A program made the position numbers and the translations under genes. Below the pieces are notes generated by a model. That model was given only the letters and a program-made list of their open reading frames with translations. It had not been told where the DNA came from and did not search any database. Source: Thermoplasmata archaeon (GTDB taxonomy: Archaea > Thermoplasmatota > Thermoplasmata > Lutacidiplasmatales > UBA184). Taken from it: a stretch of 64,000 nucleotides of DNA. Every line of letters begins with the position of its first letter. The stretch's first letter is position 1. Positions 45,346 through 55,213 of this stretch are shown in pieces. The stretch is taken from NCBI GenBank assembly GCA_036404475.1, contig DASWZL010000004.1, forward strand, positions 8,655 through 72,654, in the 5' to 3' direction.

Positions 45346-46116
45346 TCAGTCGACCCGGCGCCCGGCCGCCAGGAATCCCGTGTGCCCGAGCATCTCGAAG
45401 GCGGGACGGGTGCCTCCCTCGCCGACGTGCAGGCCGCGTTCGAGGAGCTCGACCGCGCGGACCTCGTCGAACCCGAGGTCCCGGAGCGTGCGGACCGTGC
45501 GCTCCAACTGGTTGTAGGTCGGAGTGTAGGTCGCGACGTACCCGCCCGGCACGAGCGAGGAATGCGCCGAGGGGAGCACCGCCCACGGCTCGGGCAGGTC
45601 GAGCACGACGCTCGAAAGGTCCGTGGCGTCCAGCCCGTCCGCCGCCACGTCCCTCAGGCGGAAGGAGACCCGCGCTTCGAGCCCCGACCGCCGCACGTTC
45701 GCCCGGGCGGCCTCGAGGAAGTCCTCGCGGCGGTCGTAGGAGATGACCTGACCGTGCGGTCCCACGCTGTACGCGAGCGCCACGGTCAGGGCGCCGCTCC
45801 CGGCCCCGGCTTCGGCGACGGTGGCGCCCGGGCCGACCCCCGCCAGGTAGAGGAGGTGGGCCGCGTCCTTCGCGGTGACGATCTGCGCGCCCCGTCGCAA
45901 CGAGCCCAATAGGTCCGAGAGCGACGGCCGGACGGCCCGATACGCCGTTCCCAGCCAGGTGACCGCGGTCCCCGGGACCTGCCCGATCAGGTCCGTGAGG
46001 TCGAGGACCCCCTCGTCGCCGACCTTCTGGGGCCCGCGGGCCAACCGAACGAGGAGCGCGGGAGCGCCGGCGCGCTTCAGGGCCACCGTATCGCCCTCGG
46101 TCCACGGCTCGCTCAT
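45346..46116 (-). CDS. trmI: tRNA (adenine-N1)-methyltransferase TrmI/Gcd14 family
   Basis: VAEAGAGSGALTVALA SAM motif and the C-terminal HTGFLAAGRR. The start is taken at MSEPWTEGD (46116), not the 78-codon upstream extension. Confidence 0.8.
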   Translation of the reverse strand: MSEPWTEGDTVALKRAGAPALLVRLARGPQKVGDEGVLDLTDLIGQVPGTAVTWLGTAYRAVRPSLSDLLGSLRRGAQIVTAKDAAHLLYLAGVGPGATVAEAGAGSGALTVALAYSVGPHGQVISYDRREDFLEAARANVRRSGLEARVSFRLRDVAADGLDATDLSSVVLDLPEPWAVLPSAHSSLVPGGYVATYTPTYNQLERTVRTLRDLGFDEVRAVELLERGLHVGEGGTRPAFEMLGHTGFLAAGRRVD

Positions 46117-46352
46117 CGGTCCTCCGCCCTCCACGGCTCCCCCCGCGTAATAACCCGGCGCTTCGAAGCCCGACCGACGTGCTCCTCGCGGGGGATCCGG
46201 GAGGGTCGATGGGTCACGCCCCGAGCGCGGTCCTTCCGGTCCGGGCGGGGCAGCGGTCGTTCGGGGCCAGCTTTCCCGGGCCCGGACGAAGCAAGATCCC
46301 CGCCCGAGAACCATCTTAAGGGGTCGGTCGCTCGGGCCGACCGTCCTCATTC

Positions 46353-46799
46353 ATGGTCGCGTACGAAGACGAGGACCTCATCGCGGCGCCCCGGCACATC
46401 GTCTGGAAGCTCCTCGGCGACCACCTCGACGATACGAAGATTCTGACGATTCACCCCCTCATCCAATCCCAGAAGACGGTGAGTCGCACGGACTCCGAGA
46501 TCGTGGTCGACCGAGTGATTGACGTGCGACGGAAGCTGTTGAAGTCGCGTTGGAAGATCACCTACCACCCTCCCGAACGGTCGCGCTGGGAGCTCCTCGA
46601 GAGCGAGGGGCCGTGGACGCCGGGAAGCTACCTGGACGTCCGCTACGAGGATGTTCCCGGGGGGACGCGCGTCCTCGCCCGGGGGGAACTTTCGATCGGC
46701 GTCCTGCCGTTCTTCCTGTCGCAGAAGCGGACGGTCGCGCGGGTCCTGAACGACATCAATATCGAGGACCTATCGTTCATCAACCGCTACCGCTTTTAG
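46353..46799 (+). CDS. SRPBCC (polyketide cyclase/START-like) protein
   Basis: 148 aa. The IAAPRHIVWKLLGDH N-terminus is typical of SRPBCC. Confidence 0.5.
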   Translation: MVAYEDEDLIAAPRHIVWKLLGDHLDDTKILTIHPLIQSQKTVSRTDSEIVVDRVIDVRRKLLKSRWKITYHPPERSRWELLESEGPWTPGSYLDVRYEDVPGGTRVLARGELSIGVLPFFLSQKRTVARVLNDINIEDLSFINRYRF

Positions 46800-46818
46800 T
46801 AGCGTCCGCAAGGAGCGA

Positions 46819-46828
46819 CTTTAGATAG
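46819..46828 (+). promoter_or_regulatory. TATA box for tRNA-Gly(GCC)
   Basis: ctttagatag is centred about 28 nt before the tRNA 5' end. Confidence 0.55.
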
Positions 46829-46851
46829 AACGAGCGATGGCCCCGAACGCT

Positions 46852-46925
46852 GCGGGCATAGTGTAGTCTGGTTATCACATAGGCTTGCCAAGCCTATAAC
46901 TCGGGTTCAAATCCCGGTGCCCGCA
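46852..46925 (+). tRNA. tRNA-Gly (anticodon GCC)
   Basis: Hand-folded. Acceptor GCGGGCA/TGCCCGC, anticodon arm TAGGC-TTGCCAA-GCCTA, T arm TCGGG-TTCAAAT-CCCGG. No encoded CCA. Confidence 0.9.
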
Positions 46926-47009
46926 CCTCCTCTGCCTGGTCCCGACCTGGGGTTCGACGGGACGCATCCCTCAGAAAGCCTGAAGGCGGACCGAATCCCC
47001 TCCGGACCG

Positions 47010-47501
47010 ATGGCCGCCCCTTCGCTACCGCCATTGCCACCGCCCCACACTCGGCTCGGCGTCGGCGGGGTCCTCCTGCGGAACGGACGAGCGCTGGTGA
47101 ACCGGGCGGTCTATCGGACGCAGTTCACGATCCCGAGCGGATACGTGAACCCCGGGGAGTCCCTCGAGGCCGCGCTGGTCCGGGAGCTCGAGGAAGAGAC
47201 CGGAGTGACCGCCCGGGTCGGCCGACTGCTCCTGACCCGTCACAAGGTCCTCACCGCACACGAGAGCGACGCCTACTTCGCCTTCGCCCTCGAGCATCTG
47301 GCGGGGGAGCCGACCGCTCGCCCCCCGGAGATCGCCGAGGTGCGCGAGGTCATGGTCGCGGAGGCGGTTCACGCCGTATGGATCTCGGAGCTCTCTCGGA
47401 TCGCGATCCGACTCGCGGCGGAGACGGCGGACGGCTGGCCCCGGTCCGCCTGGAAGGGCGGCGAAGTTCCGGGGCTTTCGTCGGAAGCGTACCATCCCTG
47501 A
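47010..47501 (+). CDS. NUDIX hydrolase
   Basis: Nudix box GESLEAALVRELEEETGV. The start is set at ATG 47010 to avoid overlap with the tRNA. Confidence 0.8.
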   Translation: MAAPSLPPLPPPHTRLGVGGVLLRNGRALVNRAVYRTQFTIPSGYVNPGESLEAALVRELEEETGVTARVGRLLLTRHKVLTAHESDAYFAFALEHLAGEPTARPPEIAEVREVMVAEAVHAVWISELSRIAIRLAAETADGWPRSAWKGGEVPGLSSEAYHP

Positions 47502-47563
47502 GCGGCCCAGGACGGAGACGCCGCGGTGGCTCTGGGGGTCGGGACGAGCGGGAAACCAACCGT

Positions 47564-49216
47564 CTACGGGCCGGCGAGCAGGGAATCGAGGAACCCGATC
47601 GGCGGCGTGCCGAATCCCAGCAACGTGTCGTGGAACGCCTTCAGGGAGCCGTGGAACTTCGTCGCCAGGTACTTCGACCGCGCGTCGAGGATGGCGAGCT
47701 TGCCGAGCGTGTAGCAGAAGTACTCGGGGTTGTAGGTGCCGCGGATCGCCTCCCGTTGCGCGTGCACTTCCTCGAGGTGCGCCTCGGTGCGGAGCAACCG
47801 GGCCGCGTCGGCGACCGACATCGCCTGGGTGTGCATGCCGATCGATACGATGAGCCGGCAGTCCCGGAGCAGCGCGTCGTGCAGCTGGGTCACCTCGGCC
47901 GACGTCGACCGGCCGTCGAACCCGGCCTCGAGCGCGGCCTGCTCGCAGTAGTGGGCCCAGCCCTCGATGAACGAGTACGAGAACCAGACCTTGCGGGCGA
48001 GCGTCTGGCTGGTCTTCCGGAAGTGGAGGGACTGAAGATAGTGCCCCGGCCAGACCTCGTGGACGGTCGTGTTCTTCAGCATCGCGTGGTTCAGGGTGCG
48101 CATCCACTCCTCGGCCTGCGCGGGGGTCCACGCCGGGTCCACCGCCGTCACCCAGTAGATCCCGTCCACCGGTTTCTCGAACGGACCGGGCGAGCTCATC
48201 GCGGCGGTCCAGAGGTCCCGGGCCCAGGCCGGTGTCTCCCTTACATGGACGACCTCGGGCTCGGGGATGGTGACGATCCCCTGCGTGCGGACGAACTCCC
48301 GGATCTCGTCCGTGAGGCGGCGGGCGAGCGGCAGGAGCTCCTCCGGCGAGGGGTGCTTGTCGTTCAGGCGGGCGACGAGCTGGTCGACGGAGATCCCCTC
48401 CCGTCGGGCGATCTCCGCAAAGCGGTCCCGGTTGCGCTTCAGGTCCTCGCGGCCGCGGCGCAGCACCTCGTCGATGGGCAGGGTGAGCCCTTCCCGGACC
48501 CAGAGGAGGCGCTGGAACCGCTCGCGTCCGAGCGCGAAATCGTCGGTGGCCTGGGGCAACCGTTGGGTCCGCAGCCATTCGGCGAACGCCCGGACCGCGC
48601 CGTCGGCGCCTTCCCGCGCCTTCTGCACCTCGTCCCGGAGCGAGGCGGAGCCGGTCGCCGCGAACGATTCGCCCTCCTCGAAGTGGGAGGGCAGTCCGCC
48701 GGCGATCTGGATCGAGAGGGTGACGAACGGGCGAGGAAGGACCGGTTCGAGCCGGTGCTTCGCGGTCTCGAGCAGGGATGGGACCGAGGTCAGGATCCGC
48801 ACGATCGCCGCCACGCGGTCGGCGATGGGCGCGTAGTCCCGGGAGATGTAGTTCGTGAGGTCCGGCTGGAAGAGATAGCTCATCGGGTTCCGGTCGAGCT
48901 CGCGCGTTTCCTCGAGGTCGAAGAGGTTCCCTTCGAGGAGGAGCCGTAGGAGGCTCCGGTCGAGCCGACGGGGGACGGTGAGGTCGGAATCGGGGACCTC
49001 CCCCAGCTGACGCAGGAACCCCTTCGCGGTCGCCCGCCACCGTTCGGTGCTCTCGGCGGAAAGGTCGGGGAGGAGGCCATCGTACTCGTGGAGGCCAAGG
49101 TAGGCCGCCATGGTGGGTCGGGCCACGAACAGGTGGGCGATGATCTCCTTCTCGAGAAACGACAGCCGGTCGGTGGACTCTTCGACCATGAGCAGGGTCC
49201 GGTGGGTCGACCCCAC
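47564..49216 (-). CDS. DUF885-family protein (putative metallopeptidase-like)
   Basis: 550 aa. HEVWPGHYLQ motif. Confidence 0.75.
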   Translation of the reverse strand: MGSTHRTLLMVEESTDRLSFLEKEIIAHLFVARPTMAAYLGLHEYDGLLPDLSAESTERWRATAKGFLRQLGEVPDSDLTVPRRLDRSLLRLLLEGNLFDLEETRELDRNPMSYLFQPDLTNYISRDYAPIADRVAAIVRILTSVPSLLETAKHRLEPVLPRPFVTLSIQIAGGLPSHFEEGESFAATGSASLRDEVQKAREGADGAVRAFAEWLRTQRLPQATDDFALGRERFQRLLWVREGLTLPIDEVLRRGREDLKRNRDRFAEIARREGISVDQLVARLNDKHPSPEELLPLARRLTDEIREFVRTQGIVTIPEPEVVHVRETPAWARDLWTAAMSSPGPFEKPVDGIYWVTAVDPAWTPAQAEEWMRTLNHAMLKNTTVHEVWPGHYLQSLHFRKTSQTLARKVWFSYSFIEGWAHYCEQAALEAGFDGRSTSAEVTQLHDALLRDCRLIVSIGMHTQAMSVADAARLLRTEAHLEEVHAQREAIRGTYNPEYFCYTLGKLAILDARSKYLATKFHGSLKAFHDTLLGFGTPPIGFLDSLLAGP

Positions 49217-49327
49217 AGATAGGGCTTGCGGGGGCGGGCGGCACTCTCGGGGCGATGGGGCCGTCGCTCCTTCCTCCCGGAGGGGGACGTTCTCGAGAGA
49301 ACGCGGACCGGAAGCGCGAGTGCGAGT

Positions 49328-50431
49328 CTAGGCCGGCCAGGGCGCGACGAGGGACCGGTCGACGTCGGAGAGAGCGCTCCGACCGGCGAGCACCATCGCC
49401 GACGCGAGGTCGGAGGTGAGGAGCGAAAGGTAGTGGTCCACTCCGGCTTCGCCGTTCGCGGCGAGCGCCCACAAGACCGGGCGCCCGACCCCCACGGCCC
49501 GCGCCCCGAGCGCGAGCGCGATCAGGACGTCACTCCCACGCCGGACCCCTCCGTCGAGGTAGACCTCGGCCCGGTCCCCGACCGCGGAGACCACCTCGGG
49601 GAGCATGGCGAGGGAGGCGGGAGCTCGGTCGAGCTGCCGACCTCCGTGGTTCGAGACGACGATCGCTCGGGCCCCGTGCCGGACCGACAAGCGAGCGTCG
49701 GCCGCGCAGAGCACCCCCTTCACGACGATCGGGAGATGGGTCGTCTCTCGAAGGCGGTCAACGACCTCCCAGGTCTCGCCGGAAGCTCTCCCCACGGAGT
49801 ACTTCTCGCCGACCGGCTCGGGTCCTCGGGACGGAGGGAGGACCCCCGGCCCGCTTCCGAGCGGGATGGACGAGTCGATCGCGAAGCCGGTCCGGAGCTG
49901 AGCGTCGCGCACCCCCAGCACCGGAACGTCCGCGGTAAGGACCACGGCGGTGAATCCCGCCCGCTCGACCCGTTGGACGAGGCGCTCGGTCGCCTTCCAC
50001 TCGGGTTGCAGGTAGAGCTGGAACCAACGAGGTCCGCGCGGGCGAGCGCTCGCGATCTTCTCGAGGGACCACGAGGAGAGCGTGCTGAACACCGCGAGGA
50101 GGCCGGCCCGGCTGGCCGCGCGGGCGATGCCTCCCTCCCCGTCCGGATGGACCAGGCCCTGGTAGGCCGTCGGGGCGACGTAGACCGGCGCGCGGACCGC
50201 CTCGCCGAGGAGGTGGGTCCTCAGGTCGACCTCCCGGATCCCGGCGAGAATGCGCGGCTTCACCACCCAGCGATCGAACGCCTGCCGGTTCGCGCGGTCG
50301 GTCCAGCCCGTGGCCGCAGCGGCTTCGATGTACGACCAGATCTTCGGGGTGACCTTCCGGGCCGCCGCCTCCTCCACTTCGCTCAGTGAGGTGAATCCGA
50401 CCCTCGAGTGTTTCGTCACGATGGCGCGCAC
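49328..50431 (-). CDS. FMN-dependent alpha-hydroxy acid dehydrogenase/oxidase (LldD/glycolate oxidase family)
   Basis: AIVVSNHGGRQLD signature. GTG start with a TATA-like ctttaatcc about 27 nt upstream. Confidence 0.8.
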   Translation of the reverse strand: MRAIVTKHSRVGFTSLSEVEEAAARKVTPKIWSYIEAAAATGWTDRANRQAFDRWVVKPRILAGIREVDLRTHLLGEAVRAPVYVAPTAYQGLVHPDGEGGIARAASRAGLLAVFSTLSSWSLEKIASARPRGPRWFQLYLQPEWKATERLVQRVERAGFTAVVLTADVPVLGVRDAQLRTGFAIDSSIPLGSGPGVLPPSRGPEPVGEKYSVGRASGETWEVVDRLRETTHLPIVVKGVLCAADARLSVRHGARAIVVSNHGGRQLDRAPASLAMLPEVVSAVGDRAEVYLDGGVRRGSDVLIALALGARAVGVGRPVLWALAANGEAGVDHYLSLLTSDLASAMVLAGRSALSDVDRSLVAPWPA

Positions 50432-50584
50432 CCCAGGGCCCGACGCGGACGGGGATTAAAGTCCGGTCTCTTCCGCCCGTCCGCGGCCCGCCGAGCAGGG
50501 AGGTGGGAAAAGGGGGTTTCCTCGCGGTTCGCGCACCGAGGCCGGGAACGTATCGCTTTTGTGAGGGATGCGCTACGTCTTTCC

Positions 50585-51457
50585 ATGGCTCGCGTGAGGC
50601 GTGTGACCGTATCGGGACACCGGTCGTTCGAGTACGTTTCTCAAGGGCAGGGTCCGGCGACCCTCCTCGTCCACCCCGGCGGCCCGGGCTGGACGTACCA
50701 CTACCTACGGGGACTTCTTCGCCTCGCGAGCGCCAACCTCCGCGTCGTCCTCTTCAACCCCCGCGGGGTCGGCCACAGCTGGGCCCCCAAGCGTCCGAGC
50801 GGCTACTCGATCCCCGACATGGCCGAGGACGTGGAGGCCATACGACGCGCGCTCAAGATCACCGAGCTCCATCTTCTCGGGTATTCGACCGGCGGGTTCG
50901 TGGCGCTCGAGTACGCCCACCGGTTCGAACGCCCCCTCACGTCGCTCCTCCTCTGCGCGACCGCCGGTAGCGCGGAAGAGATCCACGCCGCCTTCCGATT
51001 GATGCTTGGCTGCGCGAGCCCCCACCAGCGCCACCGCCTGAGGGACCTCGCCAAGGCAAAGGCGTTCGACACCACCGAGTACCAACAGCTCGCGGAGCAG
51101 GTCTACCAGCCGTTCCAGACCCGCTTCGTGAGGGAGACCTCCAAGGACTGGAAGGCGACCAAGGTGAGCCAGACCGTCTATCGGGCCATGCTGACCCGGA
51201 CCGGGGACGAGTTCGCGTGCGACGGTACGATCGCGGGCTGGGACGGCCGCAAGTACTACTCCAAGATCGAGGTCCCCGTGGTCGTCGTCGCCGGCCGGTA
51301 CGACTATTTCCTCGGGCCGTCGGTCGAGATGGCGGACCGGATCGAGCCCGCGCACCTCCGCGTGCTCGCGCGGAGCAGCCACATGGCGATTCTCGAACAG
51401 CCCAAGGAGTTCCTCGGCACGATCCGGGAGTTCCTGAGCGACGTCACGGGCGGCTAG
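50585..51457 (+). CDS. Alpha/beta hydrolase (proline iminopeptidase-like)
   Basis: LLVHPGGPGW and a nucleophile elbow GYSTGG. Confidence 0.7.
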   Translation: MARVRRVTVSGHRSFEYVSQGQGPATLLVHPGGPGWTYHYLRGLLRLASANLRVVLFNPRGVGHSWAPKRPSGYSIPDMAEDVEAIRRALKITELHLLGYSTGGFVALEYAHRFERPLTSLLLCATAGSAEEIHAAFRLMLGCASPHQRHRLRDLAKAKAFDTTEYQQLAEQVYQPFQTRFVRETSKDWKATKVSQTVYRAMLTRTGDEFACDGTIAGWDGRKYYSKIEVPVVVVAGRYDYFLGPSVEMADRIEPAHLRVLARSSHMAILEQPKEFLGTIREFLSDVTGG

Positions 51458-51522
51458 CCGCCGGGCGCGGGCCGATACAGGTAAACCCCTTCAGGGCCCC
51501 TGTCGGTGGCCCGAGGCACTCA

Positions 51523-52251
51523 ATGACCCCCGACCCTCCCCACCGCGGCAGCTCGGCTCCCGAGACCCCACCGGTCCGGCTCAAGGTCACGGCTGAGGCC
51601 CGAGTGGCCCTCGCCGCGGCGCTCGTCGGCCGTCCTTCGGGCTCTGGCATCCGGCTCTGGGTTGAGCGGGGCATGCGCCCTCACGCCCAGATGATGATCG
51701 ACCATCCGTCCGTCCGCGACGTACCGGTCGTGGTCGACGGGCTTCCGCTCCTCCTCGATGAGAGCAGCTTGAAGTTCCTCCTGGACGCCGAGGTCCGCTA
51801 CCACTCCGACGCGACCCGCACCGGCTTCGAGGTCGTCGGTCCGTTCCTTCCTTCGGCCCCTCCGGCGGCCTCGGCCGCGCCACCTCCGGCCTCCCCTCCC
51901 TCAGCGACCACCTCCGCCGCCCCCGGCCCGGGCAAGGGCCCGGCACGACCTGAGATCGAGCAGAGGATCCACGAGGCGCTGCGGAACATCTACGACCCCG
52001 AGATCCCGATGAACATCATCGACCTCGGTCTCATCTACGGAATGGACTGGGACGCGTCGGGCGGCCTCACGATCCGCATGACGATGACCAGCCCCGGGTG
52101 TCCCGCGGTCGAGTCGCTCACCCAGGAGGTCGCCACGACCGCCCGGACCGCGAGCGGGGTCGAGAAGGTCCAGGTCGAGGTCGTCTGGGAGCCTCCGTGG
52201 GGCCCGGAGCGGATGACGGACTTCGCCCGGCGCCAGTTCGGCTACGCGTAG
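51523..52251 (+). CDS. Fusion protein: degenerate HesB/IscA-like domain plus a DUF59 (SufT/MIP18-like) Fe-S assembly domain
   Basis: N-terminal: VRLKVTAEARVALAAAL...GIRLWVE...LLLDESSLKFL (A-type carrier fold without the Cys triad). A Pro/Ala/Ser linker follows. C-terminal: IYDPEIPMNIIDLGLIY...MTMTSPGCPA. Confidence 0.65.
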   Translation: MTPDPPHRGSSAPETPPVRLKVTAEARVALAAALVGRPSGSGIRLWVERGMRPHAQMMIDHPSVRDVPVVVDGLPLLLDESSLKFLLDAEVRYHSDATRTGFEVVGPFLPSAPPAASAAPPPASPPSATTSAAPGPGKGPARPEIEQRIHEALRNIYDPEIPMNIIDLGLIYGMDWDASGGLTIRMTMTSPGCPAVESLTQEVATTARTASGVEKVQVEVVWEPPWGPERMTDFARRQFGYA

Positions 52252-52319
52252 CGGCCGGGGGACGTACGTTCCGCCGTAGATCCTCCGGCCGGCCCGGTGG
52301 GCGGCGACCCAATCATCGG

Positions 52320-53135
52320 TCAGCGGCGGGCGAATAGGGTCCGGTTCTCGAAATCCTGCCAGACCACGTCTACGTCCCGGAACCCCGCGCGTCGGAGGGC
52401 ATCCTCGTGGACCTCGAGCGGGAGGGTGCCGTGCCGGGGGTGATGCGCCGCCCGCCGCTTCCGCTCGACGAAGTACGGGCGAAGGGCCGGGATCCTCTCG
52501 GCCGCCTTCCACCACCGGCTCCACGCGATCCACTCCTCGCCGGGCGGGGCGCCGTGGAACCGCTGCCGAAGGACCTTCTCGGCGAGTCGGGAGAGCCCCT
52601 TCGACCGTCTTCCCCAAGGGAGGTAGTCGCCGTTCAGGAAGACTCCTCCGCGCGGGAGAATGCGCCCGAGGTCCCGATAGAGCGACCGCAGGTCGGCCTC
52701 GGGGAGCCAGTGAAGGGCGGTCGTGCTGACCGCGGCATCGATCCGGCGACGCGGAAGTCGGTCGGTCCATCCTCGGTCGCCGAGCTTCGCATCGACCCAG
52801 GTCAACCGGCCGCCGAAACTCCCGAGCGCGCCCTGACCGATCCGCAGCGTCACGGGGTCGTGGTCGACGGCGATGGCGCGAGCGGAGGGAAATCGACGAA
52901 GAAGACGGACGCTCAACGACCCGGGTCCGGACCCTAGGTCGAGCGCCGTGAACCGCTTCGGGACGGCCGCCCCGACCGCGTCGAGCATCGCGGCGAAGCG
53001 ACGCTCCCGGTCCGGGTTGAAGCTCTCCTGCTGGGCATCCCAGCTCTTCAGCAGGGCTCCCCAGTTCGGCTCCCGCGGACCTCGTTCCATCGGTCGATCC
53101 GGGCCAGCGCCGGTGCGTCGACCCAAAGCCCGCAC
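52320..53135 (-). CDS. Class I SAM-dependent methyltransferase
   Basis: ALDLGSGPGSLS motif I. The start may be the internal Met at 53090. Confidence 0.7.
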   Translation of the reverse strand: MRALGRRTGAGPDRPMERGPREPNWGALLKSWDAQQESFNPDRERRFAAMLDAVGAAVPKRFTALDLGSGPGSLSVRLLRRFPSARAIAVDHDPVTLRIGQGALGSFGGRLTWVDAKLGDRGWTDRLPRRRIDAAVSTTALHWLPEADLRSLYRDLGRILPRGGVFLNGDYLPWGRRSKGLSRLAEKVLRQRFHGAPPGEEWIAWSRWWKAAERIPALRPYFVERKRRAAHHPRHGTLPLEVHEDALRRAGFRDVDVVWQDFENRTLFARR

Positions 53136-53164
53136 CGGGGCAAATGGTAAATAGGGTGCCCTAG

Positions 53165-53434
53165 GTGGCCGAGCCCTTGACGGCCGCCGCGCTATCGGTG
53201 GCCGGGAGAAGCGAGCGCGTGACCGATCATCCGACGCACCGCCCCTTCGGTGCTGAGGAATACACTCGCTTTGAGCGGGCGCGTATCCTCGGTGCCCGCG
53301 CGCTCCAGATCTCGCTCGGGGCCCCGATCCTGACCGATGTGCCCCCCTCGCTCGTCGACCCGGTCGAGATCGCGGAGCTCGAGTTCGCCGCCGGTCGGAT
53401 CCCGATCACCGTTCGGCGCGGCCCGGCAGCCTAG
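53165..53434 (+). CDS. rpoK: DNA-directed RNA polymerase subunit K (Rpo6)
   Basis: [24 protein letters not shown]...[19 protein letters not shown]. The start is uncertain: GTG 53165 or GTG 53219. Confidence 0.8.
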   Translation: MAEPLTAAALSVAGRSERVTDHPTHRPFGAEEYTRFERARILGARALQISLGAPILTDVPPSLVDPVEIAELEFAAGRIPITVRRGPAA

Positions 53435-53443
53435 GCGTCCGGG

Positions 53444-54235
53444 CTAGACTCCCGCGTCGTCCAGTGCGTGGGCGCAGCCGCACGTTGGCGGCGCCGCGAC
53501 GCGGGGGAGGAGCGCGGCCAGCACCCGGTGCATCCGGTCGGCGTTCCGGTGCATCGTCTCGAGGATCTCCTTCGTCTCGACGGGACGGTCGGCCCACACG
53601 TCGTAGTCGGTGACCATCGCGAGGCAGGCGTAGCAGAGCGCCCGCTCGCGGGCGAGCGTCACCTCGGGGACGAGGGTCATGCCGATGATGTCGGCGAACG
53701 ACCGAAAGAACTTCGACTCCGCGCGCGTGCTGAACCGGGGTCCCTCGACGCAGACGTACGTCGTCCCCTCCACAAACGGGCTCCCCAGCTCTCGACCGGT
53801 CGCCGCGGCGGCCTTCGTGAGGTCGGGGCAGAACGGGTCCGCGAGGGAGACGTGGAAGACCCGACCGCCGTCGTAGAAGGTGGTGGGGCGCTGCTTCGTG
53901 AGGTCGACGAACTGGTTCGGGAGAACGAACGTCCCCGGAGCGAGCTCCTCTCGGAGCGACCCGACCGAGCTCACGGTAAGGACCGCGTCCGCGCCGAGGG
54001 ACCGGAGGGCGTCGACGTTCGCGCGGTAGTTTACCCGGTGCGGGGGGATCGTGTGGCCCGGTCCGTGGCGGGCCAGGAAGAGGGTCCGGACCCCGCCCAC
54101 CTGGCCCTCTTCGATGGGTCCCGAAGGGGCGCCCCAGGGCGTCGCGACCTTGTGGCTCTTCGTCGTGCCGGGGTCGAAGATCCCCGAGATCCCCGACCCC
54201 CCGATGACCGCGATCGTCCGCCGGGGTGCGCTCAT
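53444..54235 (-). CDS. mtnP: S-methyl-5'-thioadenosine phosphorylase
   Basis: IAVIGGSGI and IIGMTLVPEVTLARE; PNP/MTAP family. Confidence 0.8.
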   Translation of the reverse strand: MSAPRRTIAVIGGSGISGIFDPGTTKSHKVATPWGAPSGPIEEGQVGGVRTLFLARHGPGHTIPPHRVNYRANVDALRSLGADAVLTVSSVGSLREELAPGTFVLPNQFVDLTKQRPTTFYDGGRVFHVSLADPFCPDLTKAAAATGRELGSPFVEGTTYVCVEGPRFSTRAESKFFRSFADIIGMTLVPEVTLARERALCYACLAMVTDYDVWADRPVETKEILETMHRNADRMHRVLAALLPRVAAPPTCGCAHALDDAGV

Positions 54236-54897
54236 CGACCCTCCCGGGCCGGCCCGACGCTCGGGACGTGAGCGCGGAGGTGGAGGCGGGCCATGACGAC
54301 CTCGCCTCGGGTCCGCTCGAGCAGCGAGCGGGCGGTGTCCTGCTTCGGCTTGAGCTGCACGATCGCTCGCGTCGTGTCGAACCGGAGGAGGTCGCGGGCG
54401 AGCGCGTCCATGAGGGCGAGGTGGGCCTCGGCTCCCGCGAGGTCGTCGTGCGCGAGACGGTCGAGGACCAGACGGCGGACCTCGCCGACCACGTCCCCGA
54501 GGCCGAGCAGGTACGGCTCGGGGTCGACCCCGAGGTCGGACGGGCCGGGGAGCGGGCTTCCCGCCACGATCGCGGCGAGCAGGACCCCCTCGACGCCCTC
54601 CTGGAGCGCGTCGAACGCGAGCCCCTCGTCGCCTCGCCCCTCCCGGCGCAGCCAGTCCGCGAGCTCGGCGAGCTCTCGGCGGACGTCCGCGACCGCCGGC
54701 GGGACGGTGCGCTCGGCGTGGAGGCGGGACATGGTCGATTGGGCGAGGCGGCGGAGGCGGCGGGCGCGCTGGTAGAGCTCCTCGCGCCGTAGCTCGCGCT
54801 GCCGGAGGTGGGCCTCGATGCCCGCAAGTGCCGGCTCGGGGACCCCCGCCGGGACCGGCGAAGGGTCGCTATCGGAAGAGGGTGAACCGTTGGTCAT
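54232..54897 (-). CDS. Archaeal translin-family protein (COG2178-like)
   Basis: Helical protein. EPYLLGLGDVVGEVRRLVLD...ALMDAL...L fits translin-like repeats. The start is set at MTNGSP (54897). Confidence 0.5.
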   Translation of the reverse strand: MTNGSPSSDSDPSPVPAGVPEPALAGIEAHLRQRELRREELYQRARRLRRLAQSTMSRLHAERTVPPAVADVRRELAELADWLRREGRGDEGLAFDALQEGVEGVLLAAIVAGSPLPGPSDLGVDPEPYLLGLGDVVGEVRRLVLDRLAHDDLAGAEAHLALMDALARDLLRFDTTRAIVQLKPKQDTARSLLERTRGEVVMARLHLRAHVPSVGPAREGR

Positions 54898-55156
54898 CGT
54901 TCCCTCCGTCGAGCAGTCCGAGCCGCACGCCCGCGTCGAGCCAGCCATGGGCGTAGCTCGCGGCGGCCAGGGCCCGGTCCCGGTCCCCGGCGGCCGAAAA
55001 GTGCTCCGCGTCGGCGAGGTAGGAGCGGGCCATCGCGAGGAAGTCGTCCGAGGCGCCGCGGAGGAACGACCGCTCGGGCGCGGCGGGCGTCACCTTCGCG
55101 AGGGCCTCGCGGGTGAGGAGGAGGTACTTCTCGAGGAGCGGGGGTTCGGTCGTCAC
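54869..55156 (-). CDS. DUF357-family protein
   Basis: ASDDFLAMARSYLADAEHFSAAGDRDRALAAASYAHGWLDAGVRLGL. Confidence 0.6.
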   Translation of the reverse strand: MTTEPPLLEKYLLLTREALAKVTPAAPERSFLRGASDDFLAMARSYLADAEHFSAAGDRDRALAAASYAHGWLDAGVRLGLLDGGNDDQRFTLFR

Positions 55157-55213
55157 GGGCGACCCGAGGTAGCGAACCGTCCGATATAATCCGGAGGTCC
55201 GCGTCCGGGGCGC

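Noticed and set aside
47025-49472. 815-aa minus-strand ORF overlapping the NUDIX and DUF885 genes
   Set aside because: It is in a different frame from the DUF885 gene (which has HEVWPGHYLQ and sensible composition). Its product is an Arg/Pro/Gly low-complexity string, so it is a GC artefact.
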